Program-made: the position numbers and the translations under genes
Notes under the pieces: model-generated
The model's input: only the letters and a program-made list of their open reading frames with translations
Databases searched by the model: none
Told to the model about the DNA's origin: nothing
Origin: Actinomycetes bacterium
GTDB lineage: Bacteria; Actinomycetota; Acidimicrobiia; Acidimicrobiales; Bog-793
Length of the DNA: 49,366 nucleotides
Reading direction: 5' to 3'
Assembly: GCA_021798745.1 (NCBI GenBank)
Contig: JAJZBW010000002.1
Span: 1 to 49,366, forward strand
Shown here: one piece after another, positions 32,809 to 41,510 of the stretch
How positions within the stretch are numbered: position 1 is the stretch's first letter
Layout of the letters: every line of letters begins with the position of its first letter

Positions 32809-33960
32809 ATGGAGATCGTCGATCAGAGCGCGCGCTCCCGGCCCCGGTCGAGCCGACGGCTCCTCCTCGGGGCACTCTCCGCAGGTCTCGCGTGCACGCT
32901 CGGGGCGTCGCTCGCGGCCGTCGCGGGCGCGTCGGCCGCGCGTCCCGCAGACCGCGGTCACCCGGGTCACGGTGGCGACGGGCACGGCGGCAACGGCGGC
33001 TTCGGGCACCGGGGGCTCCACGACGCGATCTCCGGGACCGTGAGCGGCGTCGCGGCGGACGGCTCGAGCTTCACGCTCGCGACGGGCCGGAACGGGCTCC
33101 TGCAGCTCACGGTCGACCTGCAGGCGACGACCGTGTACAGCGAGGGCGGGGCGTCGTCGTCCATCACGGCTCTCCGGACCGGCGTGAAGGTGCGCGTGCG
33201 CGGGACGATGACCGCCGCCAACACGATCACGGCGGCCTCGGTGGACATCGCGGCGTCGAGCTCGGCCACGCCGACGGTGTCGGTCGAGGGGACGGTCACC
33301 GCGGTCGCGGCGAGCTCGTTCACCCTCGCGACGGGGGACAACGCGCTCGTCCAGATCACGGTCGACGTGAGCCCGACGACCACGTACCGCACTTCCGGCT
33401 CGGAGCCGCACCCGTACGGTCCGTGGTGGGGCACGACGACGACCACGACCTCGACGACCTCCACCACGACCTCGACGACCTCCACCACGACGACCGTCGC
33501 GCCTCCGCCGCTCGGAGGCGTCGCGTTGGGTGACCACGTCGAGGTCCGGGGCACCGTGAGCGCCCCGAACACGATCACCGCGACGGTCGTCGACATCCGG
33601 TCGACCGGCGGCGTGGAGGTCACCGGGAGGGTGGGCGTCGTCGGGTCGAGCAGCTTCACGCTGCTCCACGGGAGGAGCTCGCTGAACCAGATCACGGTGG
33701 ACGTGACGTCCTCGACGACCTACTCGACGTTCACGCCCGGCCCGTGGCGTCTCGAGCCGACCGAGGAGGGGACGACCACGACGACCACGCTGCCGGGCAC
33801 GACCACGACGGTCTCCCCGACCACGCCCGGGCTCGGGTCGCTCGTGGCCAACGACCTCGTCTCGGTCCGGGGGACCGTGAGCGCGCCGAACACGATCACC
33901 GCGACGACGATCGTCGTGCTCCCCGCGTCCGGAGCGTTCCCCGGCCGGCACGGCGACTGA
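32809..33960 (+). CDS. Secreted protein with three DUF5666-like repeats, His/Gly-rich N-terminus and Thr-rich inserts
   Basis: A Tat-like signal (SRRLLLGALSAGLACTLGASLAAVAGASA) is followed by HPGHGGDGHGGNGGFGHRGLHD. Three ~100-aa repeats each have G[TR]V..V...SF[TL]L..G...L.Q[IL]TVD....T.Y......G..V.VRGT.[ST]A.NTITA. The GTTTTTTSTTSTTTSTTSTTTT inserts are also present. Confidence 0.7.
   Translation: MEIVDQSARSRPRSSRRLLLGALSAGLACTLGASLAAVAGASAARPADRGHPGHGGDGHGGNGGFGHRGLHDAISGTVSGVAADGSSFTLATGRNGLLQLTVDLQATTVYSEGGASSSITALRTGVKVRVRGTMTAANTITAASVDIAASSSATPTVSVEGTVTAVAASSFTLATGDNALVQITVDVSPTTTYRTSGSEPHPYGPWWGTTTTTTSTTSTTTSTTSTTTTVAPPPLGGVALGDHVEVRGTVSAPNTITATVVDIRSTGGVEVTGRVGVVGSSSFTLLHGRSSLNQITVDVTSSTTYSTFTPGPWRLEPTEEGTTTTTTLPGTTTTVSPTTPGLGSLVANDLVSVRGTVSAPNTITATTIVVLPASGAFPGRHGD
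33444..33485 (+). repeat. Perfect 21-bp tandem duplication (CACGACCTCGACGACCTCCAC x2)
   Basis: Read directly: 33444-33464 is identical to 33465-33485. It is in-frame and encodes the duplicated TTSTTST unit. Confidence 0.9.
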
Positions 33961-34108
33961 GCCCGGGCGCGCCGCGCCGCGGCGCCCGTCGCACGCCCGC
34001 CTGTCGCGCTCTCCCGCGGCGGGCGGGCGTGCGGCGCGCCTGGCACCCTACATACCCATGGGGGTAAGGTGCAGCGACCGTCGCCGAGGAGGGAAGGGAA
34101 GGGCGCGC

Positions 34109-34288
34109 ATGTGCCACGCAGTGAGGTGCCGGACCTGTGGGAAGACGACCTGGGCGGGGTGCGGCCAGCACGTCGACCAGGTGATGCGCCGCGTCCCGGC
34201 GTCGCAGCGGTGCGAGGGCCACGCGTCCGAGCCCCGGAGCACGGAGTCGATCCTCACGAGGCTCCTCGGGAGGCGGCGCACCCCCTGA
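34109..34288 (+). CDS. Small (59 aa) Cys/His-rich protein, putative zinc-binding
   Basis: The ATG at 34109 has GAGGAGGGAAGGG upstream. The translation is MCHAVRCRTCGKTTWAGCGQHVDQVMRRVPASQRCEGH..., with CxxxxCxxC...C..H...C..H spacing. I recall similar small proteins in other actinobacteria but cannot verify this here. Confidence 0.5.
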   Translation: MCHAVRCRTCGKTTWAGCGQHVDQVMRRVPASQRCEGHASEPRSTESILTRLLGRRRTP

Positions 34289-34418
34289 GCCGTGCGGCGG
34301 CCGCGCCGTCAGCGACCCGCGGCGACCGTTCTGAGCTCGCCGGCGACCGAGCTGCCGGCGCCCGGGAGGCGCCCGCGGCTGCCCGGCGTCTCGGGACGCG
34401 CGGGCGCCGACGGGGCGA

Positions 34419-35060
34419 CTAGGAGGGGCTCTCGGCGGAGGCGCCGCGCCGGCCGGTCGCGGAGAGGCGTCGAACCGCCCAGAACGCGATCGCGGCGACG
34501 ATGAGGACCCCGAAAGCGATGCTCACGGGGGTGAACGCCGAGGAGACGCTGCTCCAGTTGGACGCGAGCGCGTCGCCGGCGAGCGCGAGCGCGAAGGTCC
34601 ACGGAAGGCTGCCGACGAGGGTGAGGACGCTGAACGTGCCGAAGCGCATCTCGGCGACACCGGCGGGAAGGCTTATGAAGGTGCGCACGACCGGGAGAAC
34701 CCGCGCGACGAGGACCGCGAGCGCTCCCCGCCGGGCGAAGAACCGCTCGGCGCGGTCGAGGTCGTGGCGGCGGAGGAGCACGTAGCGCCCGTAGCGCTCG
34801 ACGAGCGGGCGGCCGCCCACGCGCCCGACCGCGTAGGCGATCCACGACCCGACGAGGTTCCCGGCCGTGCCGGCGAGAGCGACGCCGACGACGTTCAGGT
34901 GGACGTGCACGCCGGCGAGGACGACGCCTCCGGCGAGGGCGCCTCCGAAGAGCATGACCGCCTCGCTCGGGATCGGGATGCAGGCCGACTCGAGGACCAT
35001 GAGCGCGAGGACCGCGAGGTAACCGTGCCGACTGATCTCGGTCACGACGAGGTGCTCCAT
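34419..35060 (-). CDS. DedA/SNARE-associated family membrane protein
   Basis: The translation contains YLAVLALMVLESACIPIPSEAVMLFGGALA and VLVARVLPVVRTFISLPAG, which are DedA signatures. The ATG at 35060 has AAGGAG upstream. Confidence 0.85.
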   Translation of the reverse strand: MEHLVVTEISRHGYLAVLALMVLESACIPIPSEAVMLFGGALAGGVVLAGVHVHLNVVGVALAGTAGNLVGSWIAYAVGRVGGRPLVERYGRYVLLRRHDLDRAERFFARRGALAVLVARVLPVVRTFISLPAGVAEMRFGTFSVLTLVGSLPWTFALALAGDALASNWSSVSSAFTPVSIAFGVLIVAAIAFWAVRRLSATGRRGASAESPS

Positions 35061-35420
35061 CGGGCTCCTTCGAGATGCGGTGCCGGCTCGGGCGCGACGA
35101 GAAGGTGCCCGGCAAGGTAGCACAGAGCGCGACGCCCATCTCCGTCCCGATCGCGCCCCGTAGAGGGCGCCGCACGGGCGCGACCGGCGCCCTCACGGCG
35201 GTGCTCCGGGCGCCGGTGGCCCGTCCCGCCGCGCAGGAGCGCCCCGCGGGCGACGCTGAACGAGCGCTCAGAGCATGTTCATGGTGCGACGGAGAACGTT
35301 CAGGAGCGCTCGTCGCGCCGGGCGCGGGCGCGTCATGTTGCCTCTCTACGGTGTCCCCGGCACGACCGACCGGGGGGGCGGTCCGCCACGAGCTCTCAGC
35401 CCACCACGACAGGAGGCACG

Positions 35421-36800
35421 ATGACGTTGGACCGACGCCACCGACCGCACCCCGGCACTCCGACCGGTGCACACGCCGCTCGCAGCGGCACGCTCGGAGC
35501 GGCGCGGCGCCGCGCCGCGCTCGTAGCGGGAGCCGCGTCCGTCGCAGCGGTCGCCGCTGCCTCGGGAGCGGGGGCCGCGACACCCGCTGCCCGCCCCCTC
35601 GCGCGCCGGGCAGGCGTCGCGCCGGTGGTCGTCCAGCTGTGGGAGTCGCACAACGGAGGCCCCGTCGGCGCGGCCATGACGGCGCTCGTGGACAGGTTCG
35701 ACGCCACGCACAAGGCCGTGCGGGTGACGATCGTCGTGACGAAGGCCTCGCAGAAGCTGGCCGCCGCGCTGCCGGCCGGCGATGCTCCGGTGCTCGCGGA
35801 GATAAGCCACTACGACGGGATCTACGTGAAAGCGGGCGCGCTCGTCTCGTGGAACTCCTTCATGGCCCACAGCGCCGTCGTGAACGCGTCGAACGTGCTT
35901 CCGGCCGTGTGGGCGAACGGGCTCGTCCACGGTCAGCACTACCGGCTGCAGGCAGACCTCAAGGTCTCGGAGGTCTTCTACAACGAGAGCCTCTTCGCCA
36001 AGGCCGGGATCACGTCGGCCCCGACCACCTGGACGGGGCTCGCCGCCGACGCGTCGAAGCTGAAGGCGCTCGGGGTCATCCCGATCGGATGGAAGGACTC
36101 GTCGGCCCACATCCTCCCCGCGTTCATGAGCAACGGGGGGACGCTCCTCGAGGGAGGGAACTCGGTCGGCACCGCGGCGAACTTCGACAGCGCTGCGGGT
36201 AGGAGGACGTTCTCGTACTTCCGGTCCCTGTACGCCTCGGGAGAGCTGCAGCTCCACCACGGGACCACTCTCAGGGAGGACCTCGCCGCAGGCAAGATGG
36301 CGATGATCGACGGGACGTCCGCCGGCTACGCGAAGGTCCTCGACGCCGTGGGAGGCAAGTTCCGGGTCGGGGCGTTCGTCGAGCCGGCCGGCACGACGGG
36401 GCACGCGGCGAACATCGCCCAGGGGCTGGGGTTCGTGCTCCCGAAGGGGCACACGCACGCGCAGGACGAGGCGGCGTGGACGTTCGTGCAGTGGTGGTTC
36501 GAGCCCGCACAGCAGGCGCTGTGGGCCGAGCGCACGGGGTTCGACCCCGAGGACCGCTCGGGGATCGCGGCGGTCCCGGCCTCCTACCTGCGCACCCACC
36601 CGGGGCTCGCGGCGTCGATCTCGGCAGCCGAGTCGCCCGACACGCTTCCCCGCCCGGTGAGCGACAGCTACAACGAGGTCCAGGCGTCGATCGACGCGGA
36701 GTTCTTCGACGCAGTCACGGCGAAGCAGTCCGTGTCCAGCGCGCTCGCGACCCTCGAGCAGCAGGCGAACGGGTACCTGAAGGGTGCGAGCGAGCTGTGA
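35421..36800 (+). CDS. Sugar-type ABC transporter substrate-binding protein (family-1 SBP)
   Basis: The ATG at 35421 has CAGGAGG upstream. A Tat-like/lipobox-less signal (RRRAALVAGAASVAAVAAASGAGA) is present, and the 459-aa size and pattern fit CUT1 sugar SBPs. The matching MalK-like ATPase and MalF/G-like permeases lie downstream. Confidence 0.82.
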   Translation: MTLDRRHRPHPGTPTGAHAARSGTLGAARRRAALVAGAASVAAVAAASGAGAATPAARPLARRAGVAPVVVQLWESHNGGPVGAAMTALVDRFDATHKAVRVTIVVTKASQKLAAALPAGDAPVLAEISHYDGIYVKAGALVSWNSFMAHSAVVNASNVLPAVWANGLVHGQHYRLQADLKVSEVFYNESLFAKAGITSAPTTWTGLAADASKLKALGVIPIGWKDSSAHILPAFMSNGGTLLEGGNSVGTAANFDSAAGRRTFSYFRSLYASGELQLHHGTTLREDLAAGKMAMIDGTSAGYAKVLDAVGGKFRVGAFVEPAGTTGHAANIAQGLGFVLPKGHTHAQDEAAWTFVQWWFEPAQQALWAERTGFDPEDRSGIAAVPASYLRTHPGLAASISAAESPDTLPRPVSDSYNEVQASIDAEFFDAVTAKQSVSSALATLEQQANGYLKGASEL

Positions 36801-36829
36801 GCCTCCGCTAGCAGGGAGGAACCGGCGCG

Positions 36830-36867
36830 GCCGGCCCCGACCCCCGCGTGCGCGGGCCGGGGCCGGC
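36830..36867 (+). terminator. GC-rich hairpin between the SBP gene and the VIT1 gene (attenuator/terminator candidate)
   Basis: GCCGGCCCCG (36830-36839) pairs with CGGGGCCGGC (36858-36867), with additional inner CCGCG/CGCGG pairing. It lies 30 nt after the SBP stop. Confidence 0.35.
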
Positions 36868-36933
36868 ACCGCGGCCGAGACGCGCTCGCACGAGCGCCGG
36901 ACCGACGAGACGAGACGACAGGACCCACGAGAG

Positions 36934-37674
36934 ATGCGGGACACGACGACGGCAGAGGCTCCGAGCGAGCTGCACGACCCCGAGCACCGGCACCGCGACG
37001 TCCGGAAGGGAGGTGCACGGGCCGCGGTGTTCGGGGTGAGCGACGGGCTCGTGTCGAACGCGTCCCTCGTGCTCGGCATGGAAGGGGCGCATCCGGCGGT
37101 CGCCGCCGTGCGCCTCGCGGGTCTCGCGGGCCTGTTCGGCGGTGCTCTGTCCATGGCCGCGGGGGAGCTCATCTCGATGCGCGCCCAGGCCGAGCTCCTC
37201 GAGCGCGAGCTCGAGGTCGAGCGTGCGGAGATAGCGCGTCACTTCGACGGGGAGCACCGCGAGCTCCAGATGATCTACGAGCGTCGTGGGATCGCTCCGG
37301 CGGTCGCCTACGAGCTCGCGAGCGAGATGATGGCGACGCCCGAGCGCGCGCTCGAGACCCACGCACGCGAGGAGCTCGGGATCGACCCCGACGAGCTCGG
37401 CTCGCCGGTCACGGCCGCAGGCGCCTCGTTCGCCTCGTTCGCGCTCGGCGCGCTCGTCCCTCTCGTCGCGGTCCTCGCCGTCTCGGGCGCGGCGGGAGCC
37501 GTCCTCGCGGTCGTCGCGAGCGGCGCCGCGGCGCTGCTCGTCGGCGTCACGCTCGCCTACTTCTCCGGCCGCCCGCCGTGGCGGTCGGCCGTTCGCCAGC
37601 TCGCCGTCTGCGCAGCCGCCGCAACGGTCACGTTCGGCATCGGGACGCTCGTCCACCACCTCGGCGTGCTGTAG
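36934..37674 (+). CDS. VIT1/CCC1-family iron/manganese transporter
   Basis: The translation contains AAVFGVSDGLVSNASLVLGM, a central acidic helical metal-binding domain (ELLERELEVERAEIARHFDGEHRELQMIYE), and C-terminal TM helices. The ATG is at 36934. Confidence 0.85.
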   Translation: MRDTTTAEAPSELHDPEHRHRDVRKGGARAAVFGVSDGLVSNASLVLGMEGAHPAVAAVRLAGLAGLFGGALSMAAGELISMRAQAELLERELEVERAEIARHFDGEHRELQMIYERRGIAPAVAYELASEMMATPERALETHAREELGIDPDELGSPVTAAGASFASFALGALVPLVAVLAVSGAAGAVLAVVASGAAALLVGVTLAYFSGRPPWRSAVRQLAVCAAAATVTFGIGTLVHHLGVL

Positions 37675-37706
37675 GCGCGCCGGTCGCATCGGAAGGCGTG
37701 AGTCGC

Positions 37707-38882
37707 ATGACACGTATCGACCTCGACGGAGTCGAGAAGACCTTCGGGGCAGACCGGGTGGTCGACGGCGTCGACCTCACGATGGCGGCGGGGGAGCTCA
37801 CCGTCCTCCTCGGCCCGTCGGGCTGCGGGAAGACGACCACCCTCCGGATGGTCGCGGGGCTCGAGCAGGTCGGGGGTGGCGAGATCCGCTTCGACGGGCG
37901 GCGGGTCAACGAGGTGCCGCCGGACCGGAGGCGCGTGGGGATGGTGTTCCAGAGCTACGCGCTCTACCCGCACATGACCGTCGCCGCGAACCTCTCGTTC
38001 GGGCTCGAGTCGCGACCGGACCGAGGTCCGCGGCGACGCGCGAGGTCGGACGAGCGCGCCCGTGTCCTCGAGATCGCCCGGCTCCTCGAGATCGAGCACG
38101 TCCTCGAGCACCGCCCGCGGGAGCTCTCCGGTGGCCAGCGCCAGCGAGTCGCGCTCGGGCGTGCGCTCGTCCGGGAGCCGGAGGTGTTCCTCCTCGACGA
38201 GCCGCTCTCGAACCTCGACGCGAACCTGCGGGAGCGGATGCGGATGGAGCTCGCGCGGCTCCACGCCGAGCTCCCGATCACCACCGTGTACGTCACCCAC
38301 GACCAGGGAGAGGCCCTGACGCTCGCGGACCAGCTCGTCGTGATGCACGCGGGTCGGATCCGCCAGGCGGACTCGCCGGGCACGGTCTACGAGCGCCCCG
38401 CGGACACCTTCGTCGCGGGCTTCCTCGGCTCTCCCGGGATGAACCTCTGGGCGCTCGCGCCACCCGGGGGGGGCCCGTCGCGCGAGCACGGGGACGTGTC
38501 GCTCCCGGCCGACCTGCTGCTCGCGCACGGGGTGCCGGGAGCGACGGTGACGGTCGGGATCCGCCCGGAGCACCTCGAGATCGCACGCGAGGACGCGTCG
38601 CTTCCCGCGCGGGTGCGCTGCGACGTGCGCGTCGTCGAGAACCTCGGGAGCCACCTCCTCGTCCACGGCGCCCTGTGCGCCGACGCCGCGGCGCGCGTCG
38701 TCGCGAAGCTCGAGGTCGGATGCGGGGTGCGCCGGGGCGATCGGATCACGCTCGGCGCACGGGAGGAGCACGTCCACCTGTTCGACGCCGAGACCTCGGC
38801 ACGCCTCGGGCGGACAGGTCGCGAGCGGGTCGCCGTCGGGGCGGCACGGGCGGGCGCGCGGGAGGAGGCGGTGGCCCGGTGA
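37707..38882 (+). CDS. Sugar ABC transporter ATP-binding protein (MalK/UgpC/MsiK type)
   Basis: The translation has Walker A GPSGCGKTT, the Q-loop MVFQSYALYPHM, the signature LSGGQRQRVALGRAL, Walker B VFLLDEPLSNLD, and a C-terminal TOBE-like domain. The ATG is at 37707. Confidence 0.9.
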   Translation: MTRIDLDGVEKTFGADRVVDGVDLTMAAGELTVLLGPSGCGKTTTLRMVAGLEQVGGGEIRFDGRRVNEVPPDRRRVGMVFQSYALYPHMTVAANLSFGLESRPDRGPRRRARSDERARVLEIARLLEIEHVLEHRPRELSGGQRQRVALGRALVREPEVFLLDEPLSNLDANLRERMRMELARLHAELPITTVYVTHDQGEALTLADQLVVMHAGRIRQADSPGTVYERPADTFVAGFLGSPGMNLWALAPPGGGPSREHGDVSLPADLLLAHGVPGATVTVGIRPEHLEIAREDASLPARVRCDVRVVENLGSHLLVHGALCADAAARVVAKLEVGCGVRRGDRITLGAREEHVHLFDAETSARLGRTGRERVAVGAARAGAREEAVAR

Positions 38883-39883
38883 GGACCCTCGCGGACCGAC
38901 CTGCGGTGGCGGACGGATCGCACGGCGGGACCGCCCGACGGGGCGCGGCGGACCGGCCGGCGTCCGCGACCGTCTCGCGGCGAATGCGAAGCCTGAAGGA
39001 GCACCTCGTCGCCTACGGCCTGCTCGCCCCCGCGATAGCGGTGTTCACGGTGTTCTTCTTCGTCCCCGCCGTCTACCTCGTGTACATCTCGTTCTTCCAC
39101 TGGGGAGTGCTCTCGTCCGCGACCCAGTTCGTCGGGCTGCAGAACTTCCGGCGGCTCGTCGAGCAGCCGCTCTTCTGGCACTCGCTCGTCACGAGCGCGT
39201 ACTACACGGCCGTGATGATCCCCGCGACGGTGCTCCTCGCGCTCGGGATCGCGCTCGTGCTCCGCGAGGCGGTGACGGCGCGGCGAGGCGGCGTGTGGCG
39301 GGCGGCGGTCTTCCTCCCCCACGTGACCCCGGTGGTCGCGACCTCGATCATCTGGATCTGGATCTTCAATCCACAGTTCGGGCTCGCGAACTTCGTGCTC
39401 ACCTCGCTGCACCTTCCCGCGCTCGGGTGGCTCGACACGACGCAGTGGGCGCTTCCTGCGGTCATGATCGACTCGCTGTGGCACTCGCTCGGGCTGTACG
39501 TGATCGTCTTCCTCGCGGGGCTCGCGAACGTCCCGCGCGAGCTCGTCGAGGTCGCCCGGCTCGACGGGGCGCGCCGGAGGAGGATCTTCTGGCGCATAAT
39601 CTGGCCCCTTCTCTCGCCGACGACCTTCTTCGTCGTGGTGCTCGCGACGGTGAACAGCTGGCAGGCCTTCTCGCAGATATACACGATGACGGGCGGCCCG
39701 CACGGAGGGGCAGGAGGGCCCGCGTTCTCGACGACGACGGACGCCGTCCTCGTCTACCAGACGGCGTTCGGATTCGACCACTTCAGCCTCGCGGCCGCCA
39801 TGGCGCTCGTGCTGTTCGTGATAATCCTCGTGCTCACGGTCGTGCAGAAGTGGATATCGAACAAGGTGGTGTTCTACCGATGA
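38879..39883 (+). CDS. Sugar ABC transporter permease (MalF/UgpA type)
   Basis: Six hydrophobic helices and the EAA loop (VEVARLDGARRRRIFWRIIWPLL) are present. I prefer the GTG at 38879, which has a GTGA overlap with the ATPase stop and GGAGGAGG 11 nt upstream. An alternative ATG at 38984 would give 299 aa. Confidence 0.82.
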   Translation: MRTLADRPAVADGSHGGTARRGAADRPASATVSRRMRSLKEHLVAYGLLAPAIAVFTVFFFVPAVYLVYISFFHWGVLSSATQFVGLQNFRRLVEQPLFWHSLVTSAYYTAVMIPATVLLALGIALVLREAVTARRGGVWRAAVFLPHVTPVVATSIIWIWIFNPQFGLANFVLTSLHLPALGWLDTTQWALPAVMIDSLWHSLGLYVIVFLAGLANVPRELVEVARLDGARRRRIFWRIIWPLLSPTTFFVVVLATVNSWQAFSQIYTMTGGPHGGAGGPAFSTTTDAVLVYQTAFGFDHFSLAAAMALVLFVIILVLTVVQKWISNKVVFYR

Positions 39884-40737
39884 CGAGCGCTCGCGTTCCC
39901 ACGAGGCGGTCGCCGCACCTCGCGCCGTTCACGGTGCTCCGGTGGGCGGCGGTGGTCGTGATCGCGGTTCTGTTCGCGTTCCCGCTCTACTGGGTCGTCG
40001 TGACGGCCTTCCAGAGCCGGACCGGGGTGTTCTCGCTCCCTCCGAGGTTCCTCCCGGCGCTCCACACCGCGCCGTTCCTCTACGTGGTCGAGCACACGGA
40101 CTGGGTCCGGTTCATGGTGAACACGGTGTTCGTGGCGGGAAGCACCGTGCTGCTCGTGCTCGTGACGTCCGCGCTCGCCGGCTACGCGCTCGCGGAGCTC
40201 TCGTTCCGGGGCCGGGGCGTCGTGTTCTTCCTCGTGCTCGCGGTGATCATGCTCCCGAGCCAGGCGCTCCTCATCCCGCAGTACGCGGTGGCTCTCCACC
40301 TCCACCTGCTCAACACCTACGCGATCCAGATCGTCCCGTTCGCCGCGAGCACGTTCGGGGTGATCCTGTTCCGCCAGTTCTTCAAGGGCCTCCCGCGCGC
40401 GTACTGGGAGGCTGCACGACTGGAGGGGGTCGGGCACCTGCGCTACATCTGGCGCGTGGCGGTCCCGCTCGCCCGCCCCGCCGCGGTGACCGTGGCGCTG
40501 CTCACGTTCATAACGGCCTGGAACCAGTTCCAGTGGCCCCTCATCATGACGACCTCGTCGTCGATCCAGCCGATCGAGGTCGCGCTCGGCCACTACATGC
40601 AGACGTTCGAGGCGAACTGGCGCAAGCTCTCCTCGGCGGTCCTGCTCGCCCTCCTTCCGGTGGTCGTGCTGTTCCTCGTCCTCCAGCGGCACATCGTCTC
40701 GGGTGTCGCGGGGAGGGACAGTGGTGTCAACACCTGA
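39880..40737 (+). CDS. Sugar ABC transporter permease (MalG/UgpE type)
   Basis: An ATGA overlap joins it to the preceding permease. The translation contains FPLYWVVVTAFQ and the EAA loop YWEAARLEGVGHLRYIWRVAVPL. Confidence 0.88.
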   Translation: MTSARVPTRRSPHLAPFTVLRWAAVVVIAVLFAFPLYWVVVTAFQSRTGVFSLPPRFLPALHTAPFLYVVEHTDWVRFMVNTVFVAGSTVLLVLVTSALAGYALAELSFRGRGVVFFLVLAVIMLPSQALLIPQYAVALHLHLLNTYAIQIVPFAASTFGVILFRQFFKGLPRAYWEAARLEGVGHLRYIWRVAVPLARPAAVTVALLTFITAWNQFQWPLIMTTSSSIQPIEVALGHYMQTFEANWRKLSSAVLLALLPVVVLFLVLQRHIVSGVAGRDSGVNT

Positions 40738-40749
40738 GGGGCCCGCACG

Positions 40750-41502
40750 GTGAGCGACGCGCCGGGGGGCCCCGAGGGGGACGGCCGAGCGCGGCGCTCC
40801 GGCGGGCACCGGGTGCTCGTCGTCGAGGACGACGAGGAGCTCCTCTCGGCCCTCGCGCGGCACCTCGGCGAGGAGGGGTTCGTGGTCGAGCTCGCCCGCG
40901 ACGGAGAGGAGGCGCTCGACGTGCTCCTCCGGCGCGGCCGGGGGACGCGGCCGGGGGACATCGAGGCCGTCGTGCTCGACCTGCTCCTGCCCGGTCTGAA
41001 CGGGCTCGAGGTCTGCTACCGGTTGCGTGCGGCGGGGTGCTGGGTGCCCGTCCTCATGGCGACCGCCTTCGGAGAGATCGAGGACCGCGTCCAGGGCTTC
41101 GCGGACGGGGCGGACGACTACCTCGTGAAGCCGTTCAGCCTCGTCGAGCTCGTCGCCCGCCTCCGGGCGGTCCTGCGCCGCGCCGCCGGACGAGAGGACG
41201 GGGACCTCGAGGTCGGCGACCTGAGGCTCGAGCTCGCCGGTCACCAGGCGTGGCGAGGGTCCTGCCCGGTCGAGCTCACGCGACGGGAGCTCGCGGTGCT
41301 GCAGGTCCTCATGCGACGACCGGGGATCGTGCTGAGCCGGCACGCGCTCATGGCGGCCGTGTGGGGCCGCGACGCGACCGTCTCGGAGAACCTCCTCGAG
41401 CAGTACATAGCGCGGCTCCGCCGCAAGCTCGACGTCCCGTTCGGCAGGAGCGACATCGAGACGCTTCCGCGCGTCGGCTACCGCATCCGGTCACCGCGGT
41501 AG
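40750..41502 (+). CDS. OmpR/PhoB-family response regulator
   Basis: The receiver is VLVVEDDEELL...AVVLDLLLPGLNG...KPF, and the winged helix is LTRRELAVLQVLM...YIARLRRKL...IETLPRVGYRI. The GTG at 40750 lies 12 nt after the permease stop. Confidence 0.9.
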   Translation: MSDAPGGPEGDGRARRSGGHRVLVVEDDEELLSALARHLGEEGFVVELARDGEEALDVLLRRGRGTRPGDIEAVVLDLLLPGLNGLEVCYRLRAAGCWVPVLMATAFGEIEDRVQGFADGADDYLVKPFSLVELVARLRAVLRRAAGREDGDLEVGDLRLELAGHQAWRGSCPVELTRRELAVLQVLMRRPGIVLSRHALMAAVWGRDATVSENLLEQYIARLRRKLDVPFGRSDIETLPRVGYRIRSPR

Positions 41503-41510
41503 GCGGCACG

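Noticed and set aside
38984-39883. An alternative shorter start (ATG 38984) for the first sugar permease.
   Set aside because: I kept it only as an alternative. It has no upstream SD. The GTG at 38879 has GGAGGAGG at the right distance and a GTGA overlap with the ATPase stop, matching the coupling style of the rest of the operon.
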